Source of the DNA: Myxococcota bacterium
GTDB taxonomy: Bacteria > Myxococcota_A > UBA9160 > UBA6930
Assembly (NCBI GenBank): GCA_965223415.1
Contig: OZ245002.1
Span: 3,584,001 to 3,648,000 of the forward strand
Length of the DNA: 64,000 nucleotides
Direction: 5' to 3'
Position 1 is the stretch's first letter, and every line of letters begins with the position of its first letter. Shown one piece after another: positions 10,055 to 19,899 of this stretch. The position numbers and the translations under genes were made by a program. The notes under the pieces were generated by a model that was not told the origin of the DNA, ran no database searches, and saw only the letters and a program-made list of their open reading frames with translations.

Positions 10055-11437
10055 TCAGAGGAGGCGGTGGAGGTACCAGGCGAGGAACGCGATGAGGAAG
10101 AGGGTGGTGGCGACCATGGCGGTGAGCCAGAGGGCGCCGGCGGCGCCTCGGGGGCGGTCGTCACCCAGGTAGGCGGGGCTGCGCTGGAGGAGGCAGAAGC
10201 CCAGGTAGGCGGCGGGGAGGAAGATCCCGCACACGATGTTCGTCGGCACGGCGACCCAGACGGCGATGTCGCTCCAGTAGACGCAGCCGAGCACGCCGGG
10301 AACCGGGAGCCAGGTGGCGAGGCGGTGCTTGAAGCTCCCGACGCGGAGGCCGAGCAGCTCCACGCCGACGAAGCCGCAGGTGAGCATCTGCAGGGTGATC
10401 GACGAGAGCGCCATGCCGAGGATGCCGAGGCCGAACACGAGACGCCCAGCCGCCGGTCCGACGCCCCCGGCCAGCACTTGGGCCGCCTCCACCGGCGACA
10501 GGCGCATCCCCTGGTAGGCCGGGTCGAGGTGGATCGTGTTGGCGGTGGCGATCACCACGAGGCTCACGGCGATCGCGTAGGGCAGGAACATCCCGAGCAG
10601 CAGGTCGAACTGGGAGAGCTCGCGGTGGGCACGGCCCCAGCCCCGGGCCAGCAGCGTGTAGGGGTAGAGGAAGACCATGTTCACCCCGACGGCAGCCGAG
10701 AGGCCTGAGAGGATCAGGGTCACGGCCGCCACGCCGTTGCGATCGTCCGGCACCTGGAAGGTGAGGAAGCCGCGCAGGAGCTCGCCCCAGTCAGAGATCC
10801 CGGTGCGGAACACGACCCACGCGAAGCACAGGACGATGCCCCACACCATCCCCTGCAGCAGTCGCTCGTAGACCCGTACCCAGCGCTCCGACCGGCCGTA
10901 CATCCCGGACACGACGACGGCCCACACCAGCACGAGGCCGCCGGCCAGCACCGGCGACGCGCCGGGCCAGCCGGCCAGGTCGCCCAGGTCGACGAGCACC
11001 GCCGATGCCAGCGCGTACTGGGGAAACTGCCAGATGAGCGACGACACGAGCGCGCCAAGGGCCCAGGCCCAGGCGAAGAAGGGCCCGGCGTGCTCGCGCA
11101 TGGCGGGCCAGGGACGCCGCCCGGTCGAGAGCGTCTGCCAGGAGACCGCCGCCAACATGCAGAGGCCGAGAGCCATGGCGAGGGGTGCGACCCAGAGGAG
11201 CTGGTAGCCGAAGATGGCGCCGGCGAAAAGCGCCGACGACGCGGTGCCGCCGCCCAGGGTCATCGCGCTCTGGAGGTAGCCCGGGCCGAGCAGGCGCAGG
11301 TAACCACGCACCCGCCGGCCCAGGGGCTCCTGGCCCAGCAGCACCAGCGTCTCGCGCTCCCGGGCCAGCGCCGCCGGGTTCGGCGGGCTCGCCATGCGAA
11401 GGCCTTGCCACGTCGGGTCGCGTGCGGGCTCGTTCAC
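10055..11437 (-). CDS. Nramp-like divalent metal cation transporter
   Basis: LGPGYLQSAMTLGGG, GAIFGYQLLWV, multiple TM helices, AAVGVNMVFLYPY. Confidence 0.75.
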   Translation of the reverse strand: MNEPARDPTWQGLRMASPPNPAALARERETLVLLGQEPLGRRVRGYLRLLGPGYLQSAMTLGGGTASSALFAGAIFGYQLLWVAPLAMALGLCMLAAVSWQTLSTGRRPWPAMREHAGPFFAWAWALGALVSSLIWQFPQYALASAVLVDLGDLAGWPGASPVLAGGLVLVWAVVVSGMYGRSERWVRVYERLLQGMVWGIVLCFAWVVFRTGISDWGELLRGFLTFQVPDDRNGVAAVTLILSGLSAAVGVNMVFLYPYTLLARGWGRAHRELSQFDLLLGMFLPYAIAVSLVVIATANTIHLDPAYQGMRLSPVEAAQVLAGGVGPAAGRLVFGLGILGMALSSITLQMLTCGFVGVELLGLRVGSFKHRLATWLPVPGVLGCVYWSDIAVWVAVPTNIVCGIFLPAAYLGFCLLQRSPAYLGDDRPRGAAGALWLTAMVATTLFLIAFLAWYLHRLL

Positions 11438-11604
11438 TCGGGCAGCTCCCTGGCCGGGGCGACGAGCGGCGTGCGCCTCCCCGGGGATCCTGGAGGCGTA
11501 CCCGTAGCCCGGTGCGCCCGGGCAGTCGAGGGACGTCGCCGGGCGGGTGGGCAGCTATGATCGTCACCCGGCTCCACCGACCTGCAGGAGAGTCTCCCCG
11601 CCCG

Positions 11605-14394
11605 ATGCGTCGCGTCCTCGGAATCACCTTCGGGCTGTTGTTCGGGCTGGGCATCGCCGCGGCCGTGGCCTGGCGTTGGCTCATGGGGCCCGCCCCGGAG
11701 GCCATCCTCGCGAACATCGAGGTGCCGCCGGCCCCCGTCCTCTCGCCCCCGGAGGAGCTCGCGACCTTCCGCGTCGCGCCGGGCTTCCGCGTCGAGCTGG
11801 TGGCGGCGGAGCCCCTGGTGGTGGATCCGGTCGCGATCGACTGGGACGACCAGGGCCGCCTCTACGTGGTGGAGATGCGTGGCTTCATGCCCGACATCGA
11901 CGGCCGCGACGAGGAGAAGCCCGTCGGTCGTGTCGTGGTGCTCGAAGACACGGACGCCGACGGCCGCATGGACCGGAGCGAGGTCTTCCTCGACGAGCTG
12001 GTGATGCCCCGCGCCATCGCGGTGCTGCCGGAGGGCGTGCTCGTCGGCGAGCCGCCCCACCTGTGGCTCTGCCGGAGCCAGGGTGCGCAGCCTCGCTGCG
12101 ACGAGAAGACCCGCCTCACCTCCTACGCGGTCGAGGGCAACCCGGAGCACCAGGAGAACGGCCTCCTCCCCGGCCTCGACGGCTGGATCTACAACGCCAA
12201 GTCCGAGCGCCGCTTCCGCCTGGACGGCGACACCCTCGAGATCCAGCCGACGGCCTTCCGGGGCCAGTGGGGCATCGCCCAGGACGATGCCGGGCGCGTC
12301 TTCTACAACCACAACTCCGGCTTCCTCTACGGCGACGCCATCCCCGCCGATTACGCCCTGCGCCAGGCCGCTACTGCGGCCGCGGTGCCGAAGCCGGGCG
12401 TGAACGTCGAGCTGGCCGCCGGTGAGCTGGTGCACGGCGTGCGTGTCGCGCCGGGCCTGAACCGCGCCTACCTGCAGGGCACCCTGCGCGCCGACGGCCG
12501 CCAGGCCGGGCCCACCGGCGTGAGTGGGCTCGCGATCCAGCGGGGCGACCAGTACGGGCCGGAGCTCGTCGGCCACGCCTTCGTGCCGGAGGCGGCCGGC
12601 GCCAGCGTCCTGCACTTCGCCGTCACCCGCGACGGCATCGCGCTGGGCGCCGAGCACCGGCTCTACCCCGACGACGAGTGGGGCGAGCGCGAGTTCCTCG
12701 CCTCCACCGACGAGCGCTTCCGCCCCGTCGATGCCGAGGTTGGACCCGATGGCGCCATCTGGGTGATCGACATGTACCGCGGGGTGATCCAGCACGCGGA
12801 ATACGTCTCGGACCACCTGCGCGCCTACGTGGAAGAGCACGGCCTGGCGCCGCCGGGGGCGACCGGCCGCATCTGGCGGATCGTTCGCGACGACCGGCCG
12901 CTGCTCCGGGAAACCCCTCCGCTCGGCACCCTCGAAGAGCAGCTGGCCGGCCTCGACCATCCGAACGGTTGGGTTCGCGACCGCGCCCAGCGGCGCCTCG
13001 CGTTTCGGGGCGGTCCGGACGTCATCGCGGCCCTGCGCGGCCTCGAGCGCTTCGGCCCCCTGGGCCGCCGGCATGCCCTGTGGGCGCTCGACCGTCTGGG
13101 TGCCGTGGACCCGGCCACCTGGCGCCGCGCGCTGGCCGATGCCGATCCGGTGCTCCGCCAGATCGCCCTGCGCACCGGGGAGGCGCTGCTGGCCGACCCG
13201 GACGTCCGGGCGGCGGTGGCGGAACGCCGATCCGATCCCGACGACGCGGTGCGCCTCCAGGCCCTGCACTCGTTAGGCGAGGCGCCGGTCGCGTCTCGGC
13301 CCGTCGCGGCCCTGTTGGAAGCGGGCCGCCGGGGCGACGCCCTCACCCGTCAAGCCGCCGTCTCGGGGCTGGGTGGCTTCGAGCTCGCGGCGCTGGAGGG
13401 CGAGCTGGCTCGCGGCGACGCGCCCGAGGAGTGGATCGAACAGCTCGCTGCGGCGGCCCAGCTCGCGGCCCACGCGGCCCCCGATCCCGCCGCGGCGGTG
13501 GCCCTGCTCCTCGACCTGGTCGACGGCCTCTCCGGCGAGGAGGCCGCCGTCGGCGTGCTGGAGGGCATCGCCCTGGCGCAGCGCAGCCCGGCGAGCCGTC
13601 GCGTGGAGCTCGAGGCGCCGCACCGGCTCTTCGACGAGGAGCGCGAGTTCCCCGACCGCATCGCCGCCCAGCTCCGCCGCCTGCGCCGGCACTTCACCTG
13701 GCCCGGCGATCCGCAGCCCGGCGGCGCGCGTCCCCTGACGGCGGAGGAGGAGACGCGGCGCGAGGCCGGGCGCACGCTCTACGCCCAGAGCTGCGCCACC
13801 TGCCACGGCGCCGAGGGTCGGGGCAACGCCGGCCTCGCGCCGAGCCTCGTGAGCTCGCCGTGGGTGCGCGACGCCGATGCCTGGCTCGTGCGCATCACCC
13901 TCGACGGCCTGACCGGTCCGCTCCGCATCGACGGCGGGGACTGGAACCTGACCATGCCCGGCCACCGCCACGACCCGCGCTTCGCCGACGACGGGCTGGC
14001 CGGCGTGCTCACCCATCTGCGCCGGGCCTGGGGCCACGCGGGCGAGCCGGTGACGCCGGAGACCGTCGCCCGCATCCGCGCCGAGACCGAGGGGCGGGGC
14101 GTTCCCTGGACGGTGGCGGAGCTGCTCGCGCTGCCGGTCGAGCACCGCCTCGATCGCTACGCCGGCCTCTACGGCATCCCGCTGGTCGGGATCCAGCTCG
14201 AGGTCGGCCGCAAGGATCACGCGCTCACCATCGGACAGGGGGGGGGCCCGAGCGGGTCGCTCACCGAGGTGGGCGACGGCCTCTTCGTGGCCGAGGGCAT
14301 GGCGATCCAGTTCGAGGAGGACGATGAGGGCCGGATCGACGGGGCCAGCGTGGTGCGGGACGGCACGACGTTCCCGATCTCCCGGGAGCGCTGA
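11605..14394 (+). CDS. PVC-type haem-binding membrane-bound dehydrogenase domain protein (beta-propeller, HEAT repeats, cytochrome c, DUF3471-like tail)
   Basis: GFRVELVAAEPLVVDPVAIDWD, STDERFRPV, GPDGAIWVIDMYRG, GRIWRI, HEAT-like repeats, CATCH haem motif. Confidence 0.85.
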   Translation: MRRVLGITFGLLFGLGIAAAVAWRWLMGPAPEAILANIEVPPAPVLSPPEELATFRVAPGFRVELVAAEPLVVDPVAIDWDDQGRLYVVEMRGFMPDIDGRDEEKPVGRVVVLEDTDADGRMDRSEVFLDELVMPRAIAVLPEGVLVGEPPHLWLCRSQGAQPRCDEKTRLTSYAVEGNPEHQENGLLPGLDGWIYNAKSERRFRLDGDTLEIQPTAFRGQWGIAQDDAGRVFYNHNSGFLYGDAIPADYALRQAATAAAVPKPGVNVELAAGELVHGVRVAPGLNRAYLQGTLRADGRQAGPTGVSGLAIQRGDQYGPELVGHAFVPEAAGASVLHFAVTRDGIALGAEHRLYPDDEWGEREFLASTDERFRPVDAEVGPDGAIWVIDMYRGVIQHAEYVSDHLRAYVEEHGLAPPGATGRIWRIVRDDRPLLRETPPLGTLEEQLAGLDHPNGWVRDRAQRRLAFRGGPDVIAALRGLERFGPLGRRHALWALDRLGAVDPATWRRALADADPVLRQIALRTGEALLADPDVRAAVAERRSDPDDAVRLQALHSLGEAPVASRPVAALLEAGRRGDALTRQAAVSGLGGFELAALEGELARGDAPEEWIEQLAAAAQLAAHAAPDPAAAVALLLDLVDGLSGEEAAVGVLEGIALAQRSPASRRVELEAPHRLFDEEREFPDRIAAQLRRLRRHFTWPGDPQPGGARPLTAEEETRREAGRTLYAQSCATCHGAEGRGNAGLAPSLVSSPWVRDADAWLVRITLDGLTGPLRIDGGDWNLTMPGHRHDPRFADDGLAGVLTHLRRAWGHAGEPVTPETVARIRAETEGRGVPWTVAELLALPVEHRLDRYAGLYGIPLVGIQLEVGRKDHALTIGQGGGPSGSLTEVGDGLFVAEGMAIQFEEDDEGRIDGASVVRDGTTFPISRER

Positions 14395-14425
14395 CTCGAC
14401 CCCGGGGATCGGGCACCTTCCCGCC

Positions 14426-16849
14426 GTGTCGTCCACTCGTTCCCTCCCGTGGCTCCTGCTGCTCGTGCTCGCGGTGCCTCTCACCGCCCGAGCCGAGGAC
14501 GAGCCCAGCCCGCCGGCGCCGGCTCCCTTCGAGCTCTTCGAGGTGCCCTCCGAGGCGGACGAGCTGGCGCGCCTGCACGGGGAGGCCCGGCTGCTCGCCG
14601 CGACGGATCCCGCCATCGAGGCCCTGCGTGCGGAGGTGGCGGAGAGCGGTGCCGGCCTCGAGGCGGCGCGCGGGGAGCTCGCGGCCAGGCTGGCGGCGGC
14701 ACCGCGCCTCGACGAGCTGGCGGATCTCGAGCAGGCATGGCACGCCCGGGCCCGGGGTGCCGTTGCCTGGCGCGAGGCCCTCGACCAGCGGCTCGCCGCC
14801 CTGGAGCGGACCCGCCGGAAGCTCACGGCCCAGCGCGGACGCTGGGAAGCCACGCTGGCCGCCTCCCGCGACGAGGCCGGACCGCCGGAGGTGCAGCAGG
14901 CGATCCACGCGGCGCTGGACGAGCTCCGGGCGAGCGACCGCCAGGTCTCGGCCAGCCTCGGCCGGCTGTTCTCGTTGCAGCAGGAGCTCTCGTCCTACGA
15001 GGCCGGGATCGGCGAGTCCCTCGCCGCGATCCTCGCCCATCGGGGCGAGGTGCGCGCCAGTCTCCTCGAGGCCGAGCGGCCGCCGCTCTGGGCGCTGCCC
15101 CGGGCTCCCGGCGAGGAGCCGCTGATGGCGCGCGCCGGCCGCTCGGCGGGCTCGGACTTCCGGGCCTTCCTGGCCTGGTGGCAGGCGCCGGAGGCGCCGC
15201 GCAGCCGGGTCGCGATCCTGGTGCTGGGCGCCCTCGCGCTCATCCTCGCCCTGCGCGCGCGCTCCCGGCACTGGCCGCCGGACGACCCGCGCCGCGAGCA
15301 GGGGCGGCTCCTGCTGCGGCGCCCCTGGTCGATGGCGCTGGTCGCCGGTCTGGGCACGACGGCCCTCGTCACGCCCCCCGCGCCGCGTCCGGTGATGGAG
15401 CTGATGGGTCTCGTCTTCCTGGTGCCGGCACTTCGCGTGCTCTCGGTGGCCGTGCCCCGCGCGTTTCACGGTTCCCTCGTCGGCCTGGCGGTCTTCTACC
15501 TGCTCGATCGGCTCCGGGGGATCCTCGAGCCCGTCGAAGGCGCCGGGCGCTGGCTTCTCCTGTTCGAGGTGCTGGCGGCGCTGGCGGTCCTGCTGTGGAT
15601 GCTGCGCCCGAAGCGCCTCCAGAAGGAGGAGACCTGGCAGCTCACCAGCCCCTTCCTGTTGTGGGCGGTGACACGCGTCGGTGTCGTCCTGCTCTCGGCG
15701 GCGGTCCTCGCCAACGTGCTCGGCTTCGTGGACCTCTCCCGGGTCCTCGGCGAGGGCGTGCTCAACGCGGCCTACCTGGGCGTGCTGGTCGTCGGCGCCA
15801 TGCAGGTGGCTCGCAACTTCCTCGCCATCCTGCTGGGGAGCGAGACCGCGAAGGCCGTGCGCATGGTGCGGCTGAAGCCGCGCCGGGTCGAGCGGGCCTT
15901 GCGACGGGGCCTAGCCTGGGCGGTCGGGCTCACCTGGCTCCACTTCACCCTGGGCTTCTTCGCCGTCCGGGATGCGGTGTACGGCGCGGCGGCGGCCATC
16001 CTCACCACGACCGTCACCCTCGGCGAGGTCGAGCTTCGGCTCGGGGATCCGGCGCTCCTGGTCGGCGTGCTGTGGATCGCCGTCCTGCTCTCGCGGCTGC
16101 TGCGCTTCGTGCTCCAGGAGGAGGTGTTTCCCCGCGTCCGCATGAAGCGCGGTGTTCCCAACGCGCTCTCGACCATGTTGCACTACGGGCTGGTACTGCT
16201 CGGCCTGTGGATCGGGTTCTCGGCGGTAGGGCTCCAGTTCGACCGTCTCGCCATCGTGCTGGGCGCCCTCGGCGTGGGCATCGGCTTCGGCCTCCAGAAC
16301 GTGGTCAACAACTTCGTCTCCGGGCTGATCCTGCTCTTCGAGCGGCCGGTGCAGGTCGGCGACACGGTGCAGATGGGCGCGGTGCACGGCGACGTGCGCC
16401 GCATCGGGGCCCGCTCCAGCACCATCCGCACCTGGGACGGCTCCGAGATCATCGTTCCCAACGCGGACCTGGTCTCCCAGCAGGTGATCAACTGGACGCT
16501 CTCGGACCGCCGACGCCGGATCGACCTGGACTTCGGCGTGGCCTACGGCACCGATCCCGAGGTAGTGCAGACGATCCTGCGCGACGCGGCCAGCCAGCAC
16601 GCCGCCGTGCTCGAGACGCCGGCCCCGGAGGCTCTGTTCACCGGCTTCGGGGACAGCGCGCTGCTCTTCCAGCTCCGCGCCTGGGTCCGGGATCCGGAGC
16701 ACTGGATGACGGCCCGCAGCGAGATCAACGTGGTGGTGAACGCCGCCCTCGGCGAGGCCGGGATCGAGATCCCGTTCCCCCAACGCGACGTCCACTTCCG
16801 GACGCCCCTCGCGGGCGCAGGGGCTCCGCCGACCGGGTATGGCGAATAG
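14426..16849 (+). CDS. Mechanosensitive ion channel, MscS/MscK family
   Basis: Signal peptide, coiled coil, many TM helices, GALGVGIGFGLQNVVNNFVSGLILLFERPVQVGD, IEIPFPQRDVH. Confidence 0.93.
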   Translation: MSSTRSLPWLLLLVLAVPLTARAEDEPSPPAPAPFELFEVPSEADELARLHGEARLLAATDPAIEALRAEVAESGAGLEAARGELAARLAAAPRLDELADLEQAWHARARGAVAWREALDQRLAALERTRRKLTAQRGRWEATLAASRDEAGPPEVQQAIHAALDELRASDRQVSASLGRLFSLQQELSSYEAGIGESLAAILAHRGEVRASLLEAERPPLWALPRAPGEEPLMARAGRSAGSDFRAFLAWWQAPEAPRSRVAILVLGALALILALRARSRHWPPDDPRREQGRLLLRRPWSMALVAGLGTTALVTPPAPRPVMELMGLVFLVPALRVLSVAVPRAFHGSLVGLAVFYLLDRLRGILEPVEGAGRWLLLFEVLAALAVLLWMLRPKRLQKEETWQLTSPFLLWAVTRVGVVLLSAAVLANVLGFVDLSRVLGEGVLNAAYLGVLVVGAMQVARNFLAILLGSETAKAVRMVRLKPRRVERALRRGLAWAVGLTWLHFTLGFFAVRDAVYGAAAAILTTTVTLGEVELRLGDPALLVGVLWIAVLLSRLLRFVLQEEVFPRVRMKRGVPNALSTMLHYGLVLLGLWIGFSAVGLQFDRLAIVLGALGVGIGFGLQNVVNNFVSGLILLFERPVQVGDTVQMGAVHGDVRRIGARSSTIRTWDGSEIIVPNADLVSQQVINWTLSDRRRRIDLDFGVAYGTDPEVVQTILRDAASQHAAVLETPAPEALFTGFGDSALLFQLRAWVRDPEHWMTARSEINVVVNAALGEAGIEIPFPQRDVHFRTPLAGAGAPPTGYGE

Positions 16850-16982
16850 AGCGGCCGGCGGCTGCATTGGAAGCGGCCGCAGCTAGCGGGCTGCACCGTC
16901 GTGTCTTCACTGCAGCAGCCGCGCCCCAGCGCGGCGCTCCGCCCGCAGCAGCCGGCACGCTGCTTGCTACTTCCCCTCCCGC

Positions 16983-18851
16983 ATGATGAAGCGGTTCCCG
17001 CGCCCTCGGTGGCTTCCCCTTCTGGCGTCGCTGGTGCTGGTTCCGGTGGCGTCCTTCGCCGGAGACACCGGCGGCCGGGAGTGGACGCACACCGAGGGCG
17101 CACCGGGGGGTGGGCGCTACTCGCCCCTGGCGGAGATTCACGCCGGCAACGTGGCCCGCCTCGTGCCGGTCTGGAGCTACCGCGACGGCGACGTGAAGGA
17201 AGCGCGGCTCCGCCCGGACCGGGTGAACCGCAGTAGCGCCTTCGAGGGCACGCCGATCGTCGTGGGCGGAAGACTCTTCGTGAGCACGCCCTTCGATCGC
17301 GTCATCGCCCTCGACGTGGAGACCGGCGCCGAGCTGTGGACCCACGACCCGGCCATCGACCGGGAGCGTTTCTTCGCCAACATGCTGATCAGTCGCGGCG
17401 TCGCCTACTGGAACGGGCAGGAGCAGGGGCCCTGAGCCGAGCGGATCTTCCTCGGCACCCTGGATGCCCGGCTGATCGCGCTCGACGCCGCGATGGGCAA
17501 GCCGTGCGGGGGATTCGGGGCCGACGGAGAGGTCGATCTCCTCGCCGGCCTGGAGCCCGTGGCGGACAGCCACGAGTTCAACGTCACGTCGCCGCCGACC
17601 GTCGTCGGGGACCTGGTCGTCGTCGGCTCCTCCATCGCCGACATCGTGCGCCGGGTCCAGCCGCCCGGCGACGTCCGAGCCTACGACGCGCGCAGTGGCG
17701 CCCTGCGCTGGACCTTCCACACGATCCCGCGGCCCGGCGAGGCGGGGCACGAGACCTGGGAGGAAGGCAGCTGGCGGGAGTCCGGCGGCGCGAACGTGTG
17801 GTCGACGATCACCGCCGATCTGGAGCGGGGGCTCGTGTTCCTGCCCGTGAGCACCGCGAGCCCGGACTTCTTCGGGGGCGATCGGCCCGGTGCCAACCTG
17901 TTCTCGGACGCCCTCGTCGCCCTGGACGCCGCGACCGGCCAGCGCCGCTGGCACTTCTAGACCGTCCACCACGACATCTGGGACTCCGACCTCCCGGCTC
18001 CGCCCATCCTGGTCGACCTGCCCCGCGAGGGAGCGCTCGTGCCCGCCGTGGTGCAGCTGACCAAGACCGGCTTCGCCTTCGTGCTCCACCGGGAGACCGG
18101 CGTGCCGGTCTTCCCGGTGGAAGAGGGCCTGGTGCCCGCCTCCGACGTGCCGGGGGAGCGTGCATGGCCCACCCAGCCGCCGCCGAGCCTCGGCGGGACG
18201 ATCGTCCATCCGAGCAACGGCGGCGGGGCGAACTGGTCCGGAGGCGGTTTCGATCCCGGGCGGCGGCGGCTGGTCGTTCCGGTCAACAACATCGCCAACG
18301 TCGTCAAGCTGCGGCCCGTGCTCGGGGCCGGTTCGAACCTGCGGGACCAGGACGACCAGCCGATGCGCGGCTACCTGCGCGCGCTCTGGTTCCTGGCGAC
18401 CGGGCGCGGCACGGGCCTGCGCTACATCACCCATCCGCTCACCGGCCGGGTCGCCTTCAGGCGGGAGGGCGTACCCTGCAACCGCCCGCCCTGGGATGAG
18501 CTGGTGGCCGTCGACCTCGATGCCGGCACGATCGCCTGGCGGGCACCCAACGGAATCGGCGGGCCCGAGACCGGCCTCTTCGCCTACGGGCCCCTGCTCG
18601 TGACCGGCGGTGGGCTCGTCATTCACGGGGCCACCCGGGAGCCGGTGCTGCGCGTGCGGGACCTCGGGAGCGGAGAGCTCGTCGCGCACTTCGAGCTGCC
18701 CGCCGGGCTCCACGCCGGCCCGATCAGCGTGCGGCGGCCCTCCGACGGCCGTCAGCTGCTGATCCTCGCGCCGGGAGGACACGTCGGTGTCGGCTCGCCC
18801 ATGGGCGACTGGATCCAGGCCTGGGCGCTGCCCCCGGACGCCGGATCCTGA
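16983..18851 (+). pseudogene. PQQ-dependent glucose/quinate-type dehydrogenase interrupted by in-frame TGA (17433-17435) and TAG (17958-17960)
   Basis: Three ORFs in the same frame reconstruct one quinoprotein: RYSPLAEI, FEGTPI, SRGVAYW, RIFLGTLDARLIALDA, GGANVWS, WHF*TVHHDIWD, GGANWSGG. Confidence 0.85.
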
Positions 18852-18903
18852 ACGCGGAATTCGTTTTCGCCCACTCCGCCGCCGCCTCGTTACCCTGCCC
18901 GGG

Positions 18904-19899
18904 ATGGGAGCGGATCGCCGGCAGCGACTCCGGGCGGGCTGGGCCTCGGCCGCCGTCGGCACCCTGGTGTTCGGGGGCAAGCTGCTCGCCTGGGCCGTGA
19001 CCGGCTCCACTGCGGTCTTCGCGGACGCGATGGAGTCGGTCGTCAACCTCGTGGCGGCGGCGCTCCTGCTGGTGAGCCTCTACATCGCGGCGCGCCCGGC
19101 CGACGAGGGGCATCCCTACGGCCATGGGAAGGTCGAGTACTTCTCCGCCGGCATCGAGGGCACGCTGATCGCGGTGGCGGCGGTGCTGATCGGCGTCGAG
19201 GCCGCCCGCGCCCTCGTCACCGGCGCCGCGCCCCAGCGTCTCGACCTGGGCCTCGGCCTGGTGGCGGCGGCCAGCGTGGGCAACGCACTGCTCGGCATCT
19301 ACCTGCTCCGGGTCGGCCGCCGCACCCGCTCGGCGGCGCTGGTCGCCGACGGCAAGCACATCCTCGCCGACGTCTGGACCAGCGCCGGCGTCCTCATCGG
19401 CATGGCCGCCGTGTGGGCCACCGGCTGGGCGCGCCTCGATCCGTTGGTGGCCCTGGCGGTGGCGGCCCACGTGCTGCGGGAGGGCTGGGTCCTCGCCAAG
19501 GACGCCGCCGCCGGCCTGATGGACGCGGCGGACGAGGACCTCCTCGACCGACTCACCGCCCGTCTGGCCGCGAGCCGCCAGCCGGGCTGGATCGACGTGC
19601 ACGGGCTGCGGGCGTGGCGTTCCGGCGCCGACGTCCACGCGGACCTCCACCTGGTGGTGCCGCGCTTCTACGACGCGGAGCGGCTTCACGGCATGCACGA
19701 TGCCGTCGAGGAGGCCCTCGCGAGCGACGTGGAGTCCGGCGACGTGGTGGTCCACTTCGATCCTTGCAGTCCGCCCTACTGCAAGGGCTGCGTCGTTCCG
19801 GACTGCCCCGTCCGCAGCTCCTCCTTCGAGAGCCGCCTTCCCCTCGACCGGGTCCGCGCCGTTCGCGACGACGCCGCGGCCGAGCCCTCCGGAGCGTAG
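18904..19899 (+). CDS. Cation diffusion facilitator family transporter
   Basis: TGSTAVFADAMES, RPADEGHPYGHGKVEY, SAALVADGKHILADVWTS; C-terminal Cys cluster (HFDPCSPPYCKGCVVPDCP). Confidence 0.92.
   Translation: MGADRRQRLRAGWASAAVGTLVFGGKLLAWAVTGSTAVFADAMESVVNLVAAALLLVSLYIAARPADEGHPYGHGKVEYFSAGIEGTLIAVAAVLIGVEAARALVTGAAPQRLDLGLGLVAAASVGNALLGIYLLRVGRRTRSAALVADGKHILADVWTSAGVLIGMAAVWATGWARLDPLVALAVAAHVLREGWVLAKDAAAGLMDAADEDLLDRLTARLAASRQPGWIDVHGLRAWRSGADVHADLHLVVPRFYDAERLHGMHDAVEEALASDVESGDVVVHFDPCSPPYCKGCVVPDCPVRSSSFESRLPLDRVRAVRDDAAAEPSGA

Noticed and set aside
16860..16975. Repeated GCAGCAGCCG / CGGCTGC motifs upstream of the PQQ pseudogene
   Set aside because: Short GC-rich matches plausible by chance; no recognisable riboswitch consensus
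16983..18851. Genome-wide stop-codon reassignment
   Set aside because: Conserved genes in the window end normally at TGA (topB, xth) and TAG (hisS, thiolase, actA); only this gene has internal stops
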